DNA of 64,000 nucleotides from an uncultured delta proteobacterium (lineage in GTDB: Bacteria; Desulfobacterota; Desulfobacteria; Desulfobacterales; QNYZ01): assembly GCA_963845145.1 (NCBI GenBank), contig CAWJQU010000006.1, forward strand, positions 39,386 to 103,385, given 5' to 3'. The position numbers were made by a program, and so were the translations under genes. The notes under the pieces were generated by a model. It had not been told where the DNA came from. It saw nothing but the letters and a program-made list of their open reading frames with translations, and searched no databases. Numbering within the stretch: position 1 is the first letter of the stretch; the number at the start of each line of letters is the position of its first letter. Positions 9,625 to 18,859 of the stretch are shown here, piece by piece.

Positions 9625-10890
9625 TTACTTGTGGAGGTTCCAGGCGCAAACAACGCCGATTCCAGCTTTGGTCAGGGCATCCGCCGTGAGGTTCACCGAA
9701 TTGTGTTTTTCCAGGTAATTGCGCTCCATCGCATCCATTAAGCCTTGGTCCAAAACATCTTTCTTGGCCATGAAGTAATCGAGAATATCGGATGGATGCT
9801 CTAAGTCGTTTTCGATCTCCGGTTCACCACCTTCGTGTTTGGCCGCAATGTTAGCAACTTCTTGGGCGACTTCCACCAATTCATCTCTACGGTTATATGG
9901 CTGGCGGACTATCGATTTATAAGTCTCCGTAATGTGATGCTCAATACGAACCTCATCTTCAAGTCCGAAGTCCCGGCGGATCTTAGCGGTTTGGCTGATG
10001 GTTGCGTTATTGACAGAGTTGGATAGGTTAAATCCAATTAAGGAGGTACTTCCGTCATCTCGTGAGAACAGGCGGGCCGTTAATAGCGTCCACAGTGCAG
10101 AAAAGGGGTTGTCATTGCCCATAAAGACGGAAATCTTAAACTGGTTATCGATGCCCAACTTATGAAGTAGATACCCTAACAGAACTGTTCCCGGGTTGAT
10201 GTTAAGAACCTGCCTGATACCGTAGTGGGTATAGTAGTATAGATATTCGTCGAGCCATTTAACAGGGTAGTCATTCGGTTGGCCCACGCCGCCGAAATAG
10301 CCTGTAATTGTTTCCGGTCCACCCAAATGGACATTTGAGCCATCGGTCCCCTTGGTGTCCAGAGTTTCTACGTAAGAGGCGCCGACAATCTGCATTCCGG
10401 CTGCAACAGCTAAAATATCGCCGTTGTCTTCCTTCTGTTCCACCATATTGCGAACGCGAATGTAACGGCCCGGCATCAGCTCACGCTTCTCAATTGCCTG
10501 TTTGGCCTGACTTATCAGCCAGGGGAAGTATTGAAGGGCGCTGATCTCCAAGGTAACCTTGTTTTTCTGGTCGATCGTGTTAATGGCATCCGGATTTTTC
10601 AAGACCCTTTCGTAGTATTCCGGCATGGAAACAAAGGCATTTTGTTCCCTTTGCTCTATAAGCCATTCGATGTCGCGGTGATAGTCGGAGTTGATTTCGC
10701 GAAGACGTGTTGTCAGGTTATCCAGGGCGCCGGCTTCTTTGGCTTTTCGATTAATCTCCTCAGGTCCGCCATGGCGTTCGACCATTTCCAATAGTTGGTT
10801 TATCAGTTCGTTGTCGGGGTTGGTAAAAAACGCGTTGATCTCGTCCAGGCGTTCTGAGGATATTTTTAAACGATCTCTAAGGTTACTCAT
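9625..10890 (-). CDS. Conserved-looking hypothetical protein, 421 aa, probable enzyme
   Basis: Long ORF with GGAGG RBS inside the panB operon; motif-like segments ETLDTKGTDGSNVHLGG, EHHITE, KHEGG. Confidence 0.8.
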   Translation of the reverse strand: MSNLRDRLKISSERLDEINAFFTNPDNELINQLLEMVERHGGPEEINRKAKEAGALDNLTTRLREINSDYHRDIEWLIEQREQNAFVSMPEYYERVLKNPDAINTIDQKNKVTLEISALQYFPWLISQAKQAIEKRELMPGRYIRVRNMVEQKEDNGDILAVAAGMQIVGASYVETLDTKGTDGSNVHLGGPETITGYFGGVGQPNDYPVKWLDEYLYYYTHYGIRQVLNINPGTVLLGYLLHKLGIDNQFKISVFMGNDNPFSALWTLLTARLFSRDDGSTSLIGFNLSNSVNNATISQTAKIRRDFGLEDEVRIEHHITETYKSIVRQPYNRRDELVEVAQEVANIAAKHEGGEPEIENDLEHPSDILDYFMAKKDVLDQGLMDAMERNYLEKHNSVNLTADALTKAGIGVVCAWNLHK

Positions 10891-10977
10891 GCACCACCCT
10901 CCTATTAATTTTTTATAAAACGGTAGAACCGGTTTAATGCCAACCGGGTTAATACCAATCGGCCTTTTACGTGCGCG

Positions 10978-11826
10978 TTATTGCTTTATCTGGTCAAAAA
11001 ACTTTTCGGCTTCACCTTCGATCATACCGTAGCAGTGCTCCTGGGAAGGAAAACTTTCCGAACGAATATCCTCACAATAGTCTGTCATCGCCTTGGTGAT
11101 GATGTCGGCCACATTGCAGTATTTTTTTACGAATTTGGGGGTAAAGGCCTGGAACTGGCCAATCAAGTCGGAAACGATTAATAACTGGCCATCCGCATCC
11201 GGTCCTGCACCGATAGAGAGCACCGGAATATCGAGCTGTCTGGCGATAAAACCGCAAACTTCAGGCGGCACTGCTTCCACCAGAAGCATCTGGGCTCCGG
11301 CATCCCTGACGGCGACGGCATCTTCATAAACCAATTTGGCGGTTTCGGCAGTTCTTCCCTGGGCCTTGTGTCCGCCAAGTTGTCCCGAGCTTTGGGGCGT
11401 CAGTCCGATATGGCCCATCACAACAATCCCCGCATCCACGATGGCCTTGATTTGAGAGACAATGCGAACCCCACCCTCCAGTTTAATAGCGTCACACCCG
11501 GCCTCTTTAAGAAAGCGCCCGGCGTTTTCTACCGCCTTTGTCCTGCTGCTTTGGTAGGACATGAAAGGCATGTCGCCAATCACAAACGTATGCGGGGCAC
11601 CACGTCGAACCGCCTCGGCATGGTAGATCATCTGGTCCATGACTACCGGAACCGTTCCGCTGTACCCATAGACGCACATTCCGAGGCTGTCACCAACTAG
11701 AAGCATATCCAGACCGGCAGTTTCTGCGAACTGGGCAGTTGGATAATCATAAGCAGTTAAAAAGGTGATTTTTTCGCTGTTTTTCTTCATCTCATAGAAT
11801 TCATGAATCATCTTTTTCTTAGCCAT
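10978..11826 (-). CDS. panB: 3-methyl-2-oxobutanoate hydroxymethyltransferase
   Basis: LTAYD, LLVGDSLGM, KLEGG, MGHIGLTPQS, IGAG, PKFVKKY. Confidence 0.96.
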   Translation of the reverse strand: MAKKKMIHEFYEMKKNSEKITFLTAYDYPTAQFAETAGLDMLLVGDSLGMCVYGYSGTVPVVMDQMIYHAEAVRRGAPHTFVIGDMPFMSYQSSRTKAVENAGRFLKEAGCDAIKLEGGVRIVSQIKAIVDAGIVVMGHIGLTPQSSGQLGGHKAQGRTAETAKLVYEDAVAVRDAGAQMLLVEAVPPEVCGFIARQLDIPVLSIGAGPDADGQLLIVSDLIGQFQAFTPKFVKKYCNVADIITKAMTDYCEDIRSESFPSQEHCYGMIEGEAEKFFDQIKQ

Positions 11827-12346
11827 CTCTCTTCTTCCTTTTTATGGGTGGGTTTTCGGACGCCTTTCCCTTTGTAACGGATATAGGTGCTGTTTTTATC
11901 GGCCATTCATGTTCGGTGTTGATTTCCGAATATATTAAAAAAGTTTCGCAGCGGCCGAAGTCGGGCAGGGCGGTGATTCCGGTTTTTACCAGGTCGCCGA
12001 GATGGGCCAGGTCTTTGACGACCACATGCAGCAGATAATCGAACCGCCCGCTGGTGTGATAACAGGCCCGTATCTGAGGTAATCGGTCGATTCCTTTTTC
12101 GAATTCGCGAATCGACCGCGATTCATGGCGATGCAGGGAGATGCCCACCATGGCTTGGACGGTGAACCCGATCTTTTCAGGATCGATAATTGCCCGATAC
12201 CCTTTGATAACACCGCTTTCTTCCAGCCTGCGGAGTCTTTCCTGAAGGGTCGTGGGGGGTATTTTTAATTCCCGTGCAAGAACGCTGTTCTTTAGGCGCC
12301 CATTTTTTTGCAGGGATTCGAGAATCTTGGTGTCGATGGTATCCAT
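11819..12346 (-). CDS. Lrp/AsnC-family transcriptional regulator
   Basis: MDTIDTKILESLQKNGR...RLRRLEESGVIKGY HTH plus RAM domain (SGRFDYLL); overlaps the panB start. Confidence 0.93.
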   Translation of the reverse strand: MDTIDTKILESLQKNGRLKNSVLARELKIPPTTLQERLRRLEESGVIKGYRAIIDPEKIGFTVQAMVGISLHRHESRSIREFEKGIDRLPQIRACYHTSGRFDYLLHVVVKDLAHLGDLVKTGITALPDFGRCETFLIYSEINTEHEWPIKTAPISVTKGKASENPPIKRKKRDG

Positions 12347-12703
12347 AATAGCGCTTAGGGGTGCTTTCTCTGCGTTTACAAAAGAAAAGTGTTATAAATA
12401 CAATAAATATACCTATAAAACGTAAATATAACGGTTGTCAATTAAAAAAATAGTAAAAAATACAAATTATGGGCAAAATATTTGAACTATTGCCATGGTT
12501 TTTACAATAACCGCCATGGATGTAAGGCGTTTTAAGTTTTTTCATCCAACAGATGAAAAAGGTAACAAAAAGGGTTTTTGTGAATTCTTGATTTTTAATT
12601 GGGAATAACGAATTGAAAATCGCATGTTATGCAACGTTAGGGTTTAGCGAGCCGCATGGTCAGGAACGTGGACTACAGTGATAAATACAACGTCCCTGTA
12701 TTC

Positions 12704-13696
12704 CTACCCTTGTCGTGCCGCTTCAATAAAAGCCGCGATGTTCTCAGGTTTTGCAGGAGGGTAGATATCCGTAGGTGGTAGTGGAAATACCCGGGCTGTG
12801 GTTTTGCATCGGTAAACGACTTCCCGAACAACCTCGGGCGTTGCTTTGGCCATCATGTCGTAGGTTCCGCAAACGCAGAAAAGCGGCATATCCTCGGGCA
12901 ATTTCTCCACTACAACAGCGAGATCGCATGCCTGATCCACCCCCAAGGCGTCAGGTTTGCAGGAGATCAAAAGATCGATGAACAGGTCCGATCGGCCTGC
13001 AAAGGATAACGCGTGGGGGACTTTTTTGTCCGACAATAGCGCCGCTATCCTTGGGGTGAGAAGCTTTTCAAAGGATTGGGGTGAAATCGTCGTGGCCCCG
13101 CCTTCCTCAACGGTAACAAATTCAGCCCCGGCTGAAACATAAGCATCACGTACACGGGATAGTAGATCGGTCAGCCGTTCGAGAATCGCTGAAAAAGCGT
13201 CAGGCTCTTTGAGCACCATCACGAACATCTTGTCCGGATCCAGCACCTGCCCGGCAAGGGTGAAGGGGCCGGGAATGAATGCACCAACCGCCGCCCGATA
13301 TTTAAGGTCTTTCTTTACTTTTCGGATCGCCTGGAGGATTGCCGGCATTCGGCCCGCCTCAGATACGTTAACCGGGATTATAATGTCTTCGGCTTTTTGG
13401 ATCGTGCGTACACCCATGGTCGGGTAGACGGGGTGGCCTTCTACCTCTTCGTGATATAGAATCTCCCCACCCAGTATTTCTGCTTCCACATTCATATCGA
13501 ATGGCAATGTCGTGGAATCGAACCCTTCTTCTACAGCAAGCATGGCGGCGGCAGCCATCTTTTTTTTAGTTTTCAGGATGTCGTTAAAGATGAACCCCTT
13601 TTTACGCATACGGACCAGAGGGATGAAAGGATGGGGTACGATCACAGCTCGGCTGTCTTTTCGGTAGGACGCCATGAGTCGATAAAAATGATTCAT
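12704..13696 (-). CDS. Uroporphyrinogen decarboxylase / MtaA-CmuA methyltransferase family protein
   Basis: PFDMNVEAEILG, GRMPAILQAI, GPFTLAGQV, KPENIAAF; start codon uncertain (13696 or 13729). Confidence 0.75.
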   Translation of the reverse strand: MNHFYRLMASYRKDSRAVIVPHPFIPLVRMRKKGFIFNDILKTKKKMAAAAMLAVEEGFDSTTLPFDMNVEAEILGGEILYHEEVEGHPVYPTMGVRTIQKAEDIIIPVNVSEAGRMPAILQAIRKVKKDLKYRAAVGAFIPGPFTLAGQVLDPDKMFVMVLKEPDAFSAILERLTDLLSRVRDAYVSAGAEFVTVEEGGATTISPQSFEKLLTPRIAALLSDKKVPHALSFAGRSDLFIDLLISCKPDALGVDQACDLAVVVEKLPEDMPLFCVCGTYDMMAKATPEVVREVVYRCKTTARVFPLPPTDIYPPAKPENIAAFIEAARQG

Positions 13697-13706
13697 GGGC
13701 GCGCTT

Positions 13707-14330
13707 TTAGCTATTTCGGTAAGGCGCAAAATCTTCGGGAAGATTTTTTAATTTTTTTTCTAAGGAATCAATAATCGTTTTCACATCATCAGGACTACCT
13801 GGCGCTTTATCGTTAAACATTCTGATATCGGCTCGCAGGGTAATTTCAAAGTCACCTAAAAGCTGATAGACATCCTTCCAATCATCCTCTGACAGCTTGG
13901 TTTCTGATTTCCCAGGGGAATCTGATTCATTTTGATTATCGAGTTTTTTCGAAAGATATCTAAAGTATGACCTTGACATATCACTAAAATGTGCCGTTGC
14001 GCTCGAAAAAAATAGGGAGTTTTTGGTATTCCATTTATCCAGCATTTCGATAAATACAGAGAAATTTTTTTCATCATTATTTTTGTACGTTATTATTTTT
14101 TGATAGCCACACAAAATTGCGTTCAAACTTGGATAAATTTCAACTCTTTTATCGAACAAAGATCTGGAATATTTTTGTTCTACTTCAAACTTTATCTTTT
14201 CTAACTTTTTACGATTTAGTTTTCCCGTGATGTAAATTGACGCTAATACGGTAACAATTATGGTAAGTATATTTGATACGCCGGCATATTTTACGATTAT
14301 ATCGTCGATGATATTCAATAATTCAATCAT
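13707..14330 (-). CDS. AT-rich hypothetical protein with N-terminal TM helix
   Basis: 207-aa ORF, visibly lower GC than its neighbours, GAGG RBS. Confidence 0.6.
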   Translation of the reverse strand: MIELLNIIDDIIVKYAGVSNILTIIVTVLASIYITGKLNRKKLEKIKFEVEQKYSRSLFDKRVEIYPSLNAILCGYQKIITYKNNDEKNFSVFIEMLDKWNTKNSLFFSSATAHFSDMSRSYFRYLSKKLDNQNESDSPGKSETKLSEDDWKDVYQLLGDFEITLRADIRMFNDKAPGSPDDVKTIIDSLEKKLKNLPEDFAPYRNS

Positions 14331-14643
14331 AGTATCATCCTCAGTATTGAATTAAATTGAAAAGGCTTTTTGAATTCAGATCCGGAGAGACGGAGAGTCG
14401 TATACGCAACTTAGGTTAAAGACAGTACCCGAATTCTAATGTTCCAGCAAGGTCAAAGTGTTATAATACCATTAAGCTATGCGATGGATAAACACTTATT
14501 TTTCCATATATCGTATATTACCACATAATCTACCAAAAAGCCCACGTGATTTGTAAAGAATCCATTTTAACTGCGTCATTGATGGTACATTTACAAGAAA
14601 CCGGTAAATCAAACCATCGAATATGGTGACGATTTTGATTGAT

Positions 14644-14659
14644 CGGCATGCAAATTGCT
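14644..14659 (+). promoter_or_regulatory. sigma54 promoter upstream of dksA
   Basis: CGGCATGCAAATTGCT (GG-N10-GC, TTGC). Confidence 0.7.
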
Positions 14660-14792
14660 GATATCTATCTCCGGCTCTTACCCGAATACGAAGATTCTCA
14701 ATGAGAATTTTTAGGGTGCAATGGTCAGCCGGTTTGGAAATTTACTCATTGTTATCGCTGCAGTTGGCAATATTATCGACCGGGAGGGTGTC

Positions 14793-15158
14793 ATGAAAAG
14801 TGAAGAATTGGCCATCTTACGCCGTATGCTTGAGGATCAGTTACGTGAGCTGGGTTTCAGGGCGGAAACCACCATCAGCGACATGTTGAACACAATAACC
14901 GATTTCGAACCGGATCCCCTTGATCGCGCCACATCGGAACAAAACCGTACGCATAATTTGCGCCTTCGTGATCGGGAAAGTCGATTGATTAACAAAATCA
15001 GAAATTGCCTCCAGGCCATGGAGGATGGGGAGTATGGTATCTGTCAAAAGTGCGGGGAACCCATCGCTTTTGCCCGCTTGAAGGCACGCCCCGTGACCCA
15101 TCATTGTATTGATTGTAAAAATAAACTTGAAGATTTCGAAAAAGCCGCCGGGTACTGA
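14793..15158 (+). CDS. dksA: RNA polymerase-binding protein DksA (TraR/DksA C4 zinc finger)
   Basis: DPLDRA coiled-coil tip, YGICQKCGEPI..RLKARP...CIDCK; GGAGG RBS before ATG 14793. Confidence 0.9.
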   Translation: MKSEELAILRRMLEDQLRELGFRAETTISDMLNTITDFEPDPLDRATSEQNRTHNLRLRDRESRLINKIRNCLQAMEDGEYGICQKCGEPIAFARLKARPVTHHCIDCKNKLEDFEKAAGY

Positions 15159-15186
15159 CGTATTAGTAAATGATTACCATAAATGA

Positions 15187-15261
15187 AGAGACCTTTAAAA
15201 AGAACCTGGAATGAAGTTTATTGGCAGGGCGCCAAACCGAGGTAAAATTTTAAAGGTCTCT
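15187..15261. repeat. 75-bp element bounded by perfect 14-bp inverted repeats (MITE-like or terminator)
   Basis: AGAGACCTTTAAAA ... TTTTAAAGGTCTCT between convergent genes. Confidence 0.6.
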
Positions 15262-15294
15262 GTTAGGATATACCGCTAAACCGTTACTGGATGT

Positions 15295-15579
15295 TTATTC
15301 GGCCATTTCGAAACCTATCACTGTAATGGTTTTAGCCCCGTCAGCCTCAGCTACGGTGCCTTTTACGGTTACTTTTTCTCCTACTTTATCGGCTAGCTCT
15401 TCGCCCTTCTCAGTTTCGGCAATCTCGAAAACGGCATCATTTTCATCTACTAATTGACCGTCCTCATTAACGACCCCCATAATGCTGACTTCCGATGCGG
15501 TGGCAACGACGCCAGAAAGAAAAATAGCCAGAGAGATAATAAATAGGGTGCAAATAATCTGTTTCATGTTTTTATGCAT
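15295..15579 (-). CDS. Small exported beta-rich (OB-fold-like) protein
   Basis: Signal peptide, then GVVNEDGQL...GEELADKVGEKVTVKG; AAGGAG RBS; paralog of the next gene. Confidence 0.75.
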   Translation of the reverse strand: MHKNMKQIICTLFIISLAIFLSGVVATASEVSIMGVVNEDGQLVDENDAVFEIAETEKGEELADKVGEKVTVKGTVAEADGAKTITVIGFEMAE

Positions 15580-15734
15580 TTTAAGCTCCTTTTATATATA
15601 GCTTATGGAAGAACATTCCCGTTTGGATATATTGGGTCGCTGATTCTAATAAACGTTTATTTGACAATATGTGATTTTTCCTCCACCTCCTTTTTTTTTA
15701 TCCTCAATTGACCACCAGAAGAAGCTATAAACCA

Positions 15735-16025
15735 TTATTCGACAAGTGTCGTAAAAGCGCTGACTCGGATTGTTTTTATCCCCTCTTCTTCGGTGATAAT
15801 ACCCAACACCTCAATCTTTTTGCCAACACGATCCTGCAATTCAATTCCCATCTCCGTATCCATCACTTTAATTCGCTTTTGATCGTTTAGTTCCAAATAG
15901 CCGTCTTCTGTTACGACGCCGACAACGGTTATCTCGGCATCACTTGCCAAACCGAACGGAATGAACATGGCGCCCAGGATTGTAATGACCAGAACGTTGA
16001 TTCTTATCATTCGCTTTATGATCAT
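15735..16025 (-). CDS. Small exported beta-rich protein, paralog of 15295..15579
   Basis: Signal peptide, then GVVTEDGYL...GIELQDRVGKKIEVLG. Confidence 0.72.
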   Translation of the reverse strand: MIIKRMIRINVLVITILGAMFIPFGLASDAEITVVGVVTEDGYLELNDQKRIKVMDTEMGIELQDRVGKKIEVLGIITEEEGIKTIRVSAFTTLVE

Positions 16026-16088
16026 GATTAAAACCGCTTTCGTTTCGAAAATCTTTGTTGGGAATTACGATCTTTTGATTACACTGTG

Positions 16089-16105
16089 TGCATAATTAAT
16101 GCCAA
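16089..16105 (-). promoter_or_regulatory. sigma54 promoter for the two small exported proteins
   Basis: Minus strand reads TTGGCATTAATTATGCA (GG-N10-GC). Confidence 0.7.
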
Positions 16106-16654
16106 AGCAAAACAATCTGAAATCGTTATGTTTTTGGAAATTTTAAGCAAAAGGCAGGAATAGAGATACGCTTTATATTTGATTGATTGGATACGCCTCT
16201 CTTCGATAAACATACTGAAAAAACAACAGAAACGCTTTATGGAATCACGGGTTCCGGTTTAGCCGTTATAGGAACCATGAATTCCGAAAAATGCTTTTCG
16301 AAAACAGCGATTGGGTTTGAGAGGTCTTTATTCTTAATCGTCCGAATTGGTGATGTTTTTACCAATATGATCGACATACTCTCTATTTTAAATAGAGCTA
16401 ACATCAAAGCATACCTCAAATAACTTACCGTAACACAAAAACAAAGGCACATGCCCAACTATTTAAAATAATCGCTGCCGTCCGGTTAAATAGGTGATAA
16501 AGATTGGCACAGATTTTCTTCTGTGATATTCAAAATAGCATCCAACCATTAAAGAAAAGGCATGACATCGGATCAAACAACCCATTTTAGCCGTGTGATA
16601 ACGACATTTTATGAAAAGAGTATTTCCAATGCAATTTGGTTGTAATACCTATCC

Positions 16655-17407
16655 ATGTTTTTAACGAACCTAAGCAAATTCGGCGTTGCTTTGGGACACG
16701 CCCTTCTTGGGGCATCCCGTGATTTGGCACCTATCATCACAGTCATCGCTCTGTTTCAGGTTCTGGTCTTAAAGCAACCCTTTCCGGAGCTTTCATCCAC
16801 TCTTGGGGGACTGGTTTTGGTCATTGTTGGCTTAGCCTTTTTTGTCGTCGGCTTGGACATCGGCCTATTTCCTCTGGGCGAAACCATGGCAGAAGAATTT
16901 GCGCGTAAAGGAAGCCTCTTTTGGCTCCTGCTCTTCGCGTTTGCATTAGGGGCGGGGACAACCGTTGCCGAACCCGCCCTTATAGCCGTAACGCGCGAGG
17001 GAGCAAAAGCCGCAGCTGAAGCGGGACTTATTGAAAATATCTCTGCCGCGAAAGACCGTTATGCTCTTGGTGTCCGCTTGACCGTGGCATTGTCCGTTGG
17101 TGCTGCAATAGTTCTTGGGGTATTGCGAATCCTACGCGGTTGGTCTCTGCCGGTTTTAATCGTTGGCGGCTACATGCTGGTTATGCTCATGACCTTGTTC
17201 GCACCGAAGGAGATCGTAGGGTTGGCTTATGATTTGGGAGGAGTTACCACTTCGACAGTCACCGTGCCACTCGTAACGGCTTTGGGTGTAGGGCTTGCAC
17301 GCACGATACGCGGCAGAGATCCCTTGACGGATGGTTTTGGCCTCATCGCTTTGGCCTCTCTTACCCCCATGATTTTTGTGATGCTTTACGGATTGATCGT
17401 ACACTAG
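16655..17407 (+). CDS. DUF1538 membrane protein
   Basis: GLFPLGE, TTVAEPAL, AYDLGGVTTSTVTVP, DGFGLIALAS. Confidence 0.88.
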   Translation: MFLTNLSKFGVALGHALLGASRDLAPIITVIALFQVLVLKQPFPELSSTLGGLVLVIVGLAFFVVGLDIGLFPLGETMAEEFARKGSLFWLLLFAFALGAGTTVAEPALIAVTREGAKAAAEAGLIENISAAKDRYALGVRLTVALSVGAAIVLGVLRILRGWSLPVLIVGGYMLVMLMTLFAPKEIVGLAYDLGGVTTSTVTVPLVTALGVGLARTIRGRDPLTDGFGLIALASLTPMIFVMLYGLIVH

Positions 17408-17414
17408 GTGAAAA

Positions 17415-18173
17415 ATGGAAATTCTGTTTGATCCCATAATGCTGCTGATAGCCACAGCCAAAGATGTGTTGCCGGTTCTCGGTTTGCTGGTATTATTCCA
17501 AACCTTTGTGCTTAAAAGACCAATCCCTCGGCCAGGCAGAATTATTTTTGGTTTCGGTTTAGTCCTGGTAGGTATGGCCTGCTTTCTTGGTGGGTTGGAT
17601 TTGGCCCTTTTTCCAGTTGGTCGAACCATGGCACTTCAACTGGCCGAGGGGGCCCATAGCGGTGGGAAGGTGTCTTGGACAGCCTACGGGTGGGTCTATC
17701 TTTTTTCTTTTTTGGTGGGTTTTTCCACCACCATAGCCGAGCCTTCCCTCATCGCTGTGGCACACAAGGCGCATGAAGCCTCGCACAAAGCGGTTTCATC
17801 GTGGGGGCTGCGTATCGCGGTTGCTTTCGGCGTTGCCATTGGTATAACCCTTGGTACTTTTCGAATCGTCACAGGGACACCGCTTTATTATTATATTTTG
17901 GCTGGATATATAGTGGTGGCCATTCAAACCGCATTCGCGCCTCGGATGATTATTCCATTGGCTTATGATTCCGGAGGCGTGACGACATCTACGGTCACCG
18001 TACCCTTGGTTGCAGCCCTCGGTTTGGGGCTGGCATCCAACGTTCCGGACCGAAGTCCGGTTTTCGATGGATTTGGGCTCATCGCGTTTGCCAGTTTGTT
18101 CCCTATCATCAGCGTTTTGGGCTACGCCCAATTTGTTCAATGGATAGTACAACGGCGAAACCAAAAAAATTAA
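17415..18173 (+). CDS. DUF1538 membrane protein (second subunit)
   Basis: TTIAEPSL, AYDSGGVTTSTVTVP, DGFGLIAFAS. Confidence 0.88.
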   Translation: MEILFDPIMLLIATAKDVLPVLGLLVLFQTFVLKRPIPRPGRIIFGFGLVLVGMACFLGGLDLALFPVGRTMALQLAEGAHSGGKVSWTAYGWVYLFSFLVGFSTTIAEPSLIAVAHKAHEASHKAVSSWGLRIAVAFGVAIGITLGTFRIVTGTPLYYYILAGYIVVAIQTAFAPRMIIPLAYDSGGVTTSTVTVPLVAALGLGLASNVPDRSPVFDGFGLIAFASLFPIISVLGYAQFVQWIVQRRNQKN

Positions 18174-18243
18174 AAAAAGCATAGCTCGGCCAATAGAGCA
18201 AATCTACAATATGGAAGAAATCGGGCAAAAAGTGGGGTGCGAA

Positions 18244-18564
18244 ATGGCGTATAAATCTATAATTGCAATGGTAAAGCCGGACTTGACCGACAGGGTTGTC
18301 AATTCAGCAAAACAGGTAGGCGCTACTGGAGCGACAATCGTATCTGCTTCGGGTACAGGTGCTCATGAAGCGAAAACATTTTTCGGCCTTAGCCTGGATA
18401 TTCGCACGGATGTGGTTATTTTTCTGGTGGATAATGAAATCGTTGAGCCGGTCATGACCGCCATTAAAGATGCAGGACGGTTTAACGAACCAGGCACAGG
18501 TATCGCTTTTGTGCTTGCCGTAGAGCAGACATCTGGTTTTGAAAGTCAGCTGTCAAAACAATAA
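18244..18564 (+). CDS. P-II family signal transduction protein
   Basis: IIAMVK..VVNSAKQVGATGATI..GTG..PGTGIAFVL; follows the DUF1538 pair. Confidence 0.85.
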   Translation: MAYKSIIAMVKPDLTDRVVNSAKQVGATGATIVSASGTGAHEAKTFFGLSLDIRTDVVIFLVDNEIVEPVMTAIKDAGRFNEPGTGIAFVLAVEQTSGFESQLSKQ

Positions 18565-18859
18565 CTGTTACAAAAAAACATCTGTGTATTTCTCCGCAGC
18601 CATGTCGGGTTAAAGATCAACGCTTTCTGATGCCAATAACAGCCGGGAAGCGGGTATTCCGGTTTTGAAAAAGCACGCAAGCCAAAGCCCTGGGATTAAA
18701 CAAAAAACAAGGAAAAAGATTAATTGTAAACACGTGTTATGAATTTCAATAACGTTCACATCACCAGACCGTATTGCCAGCGGTTTCCAATAGATGGCTG
18801 GCGCAAATATTTTATTGCAAAAATATGTTGAAGAAGAAAAATACGCAAAGGAGTTAATA

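Noticed and set aside
13707..14450. Integron cassette around the AT-rich ORF
   Set aside because: No convincing attC (RYYYAAC...GTTRRRY with inner boxes) was found on either side.
16504..16520. sigma54 promoter before the DUF1538 operon (TTGGCACAGATTTTCT)
   Set aside because: The -24 box is good but the -12 GC is missing, so it is not called.
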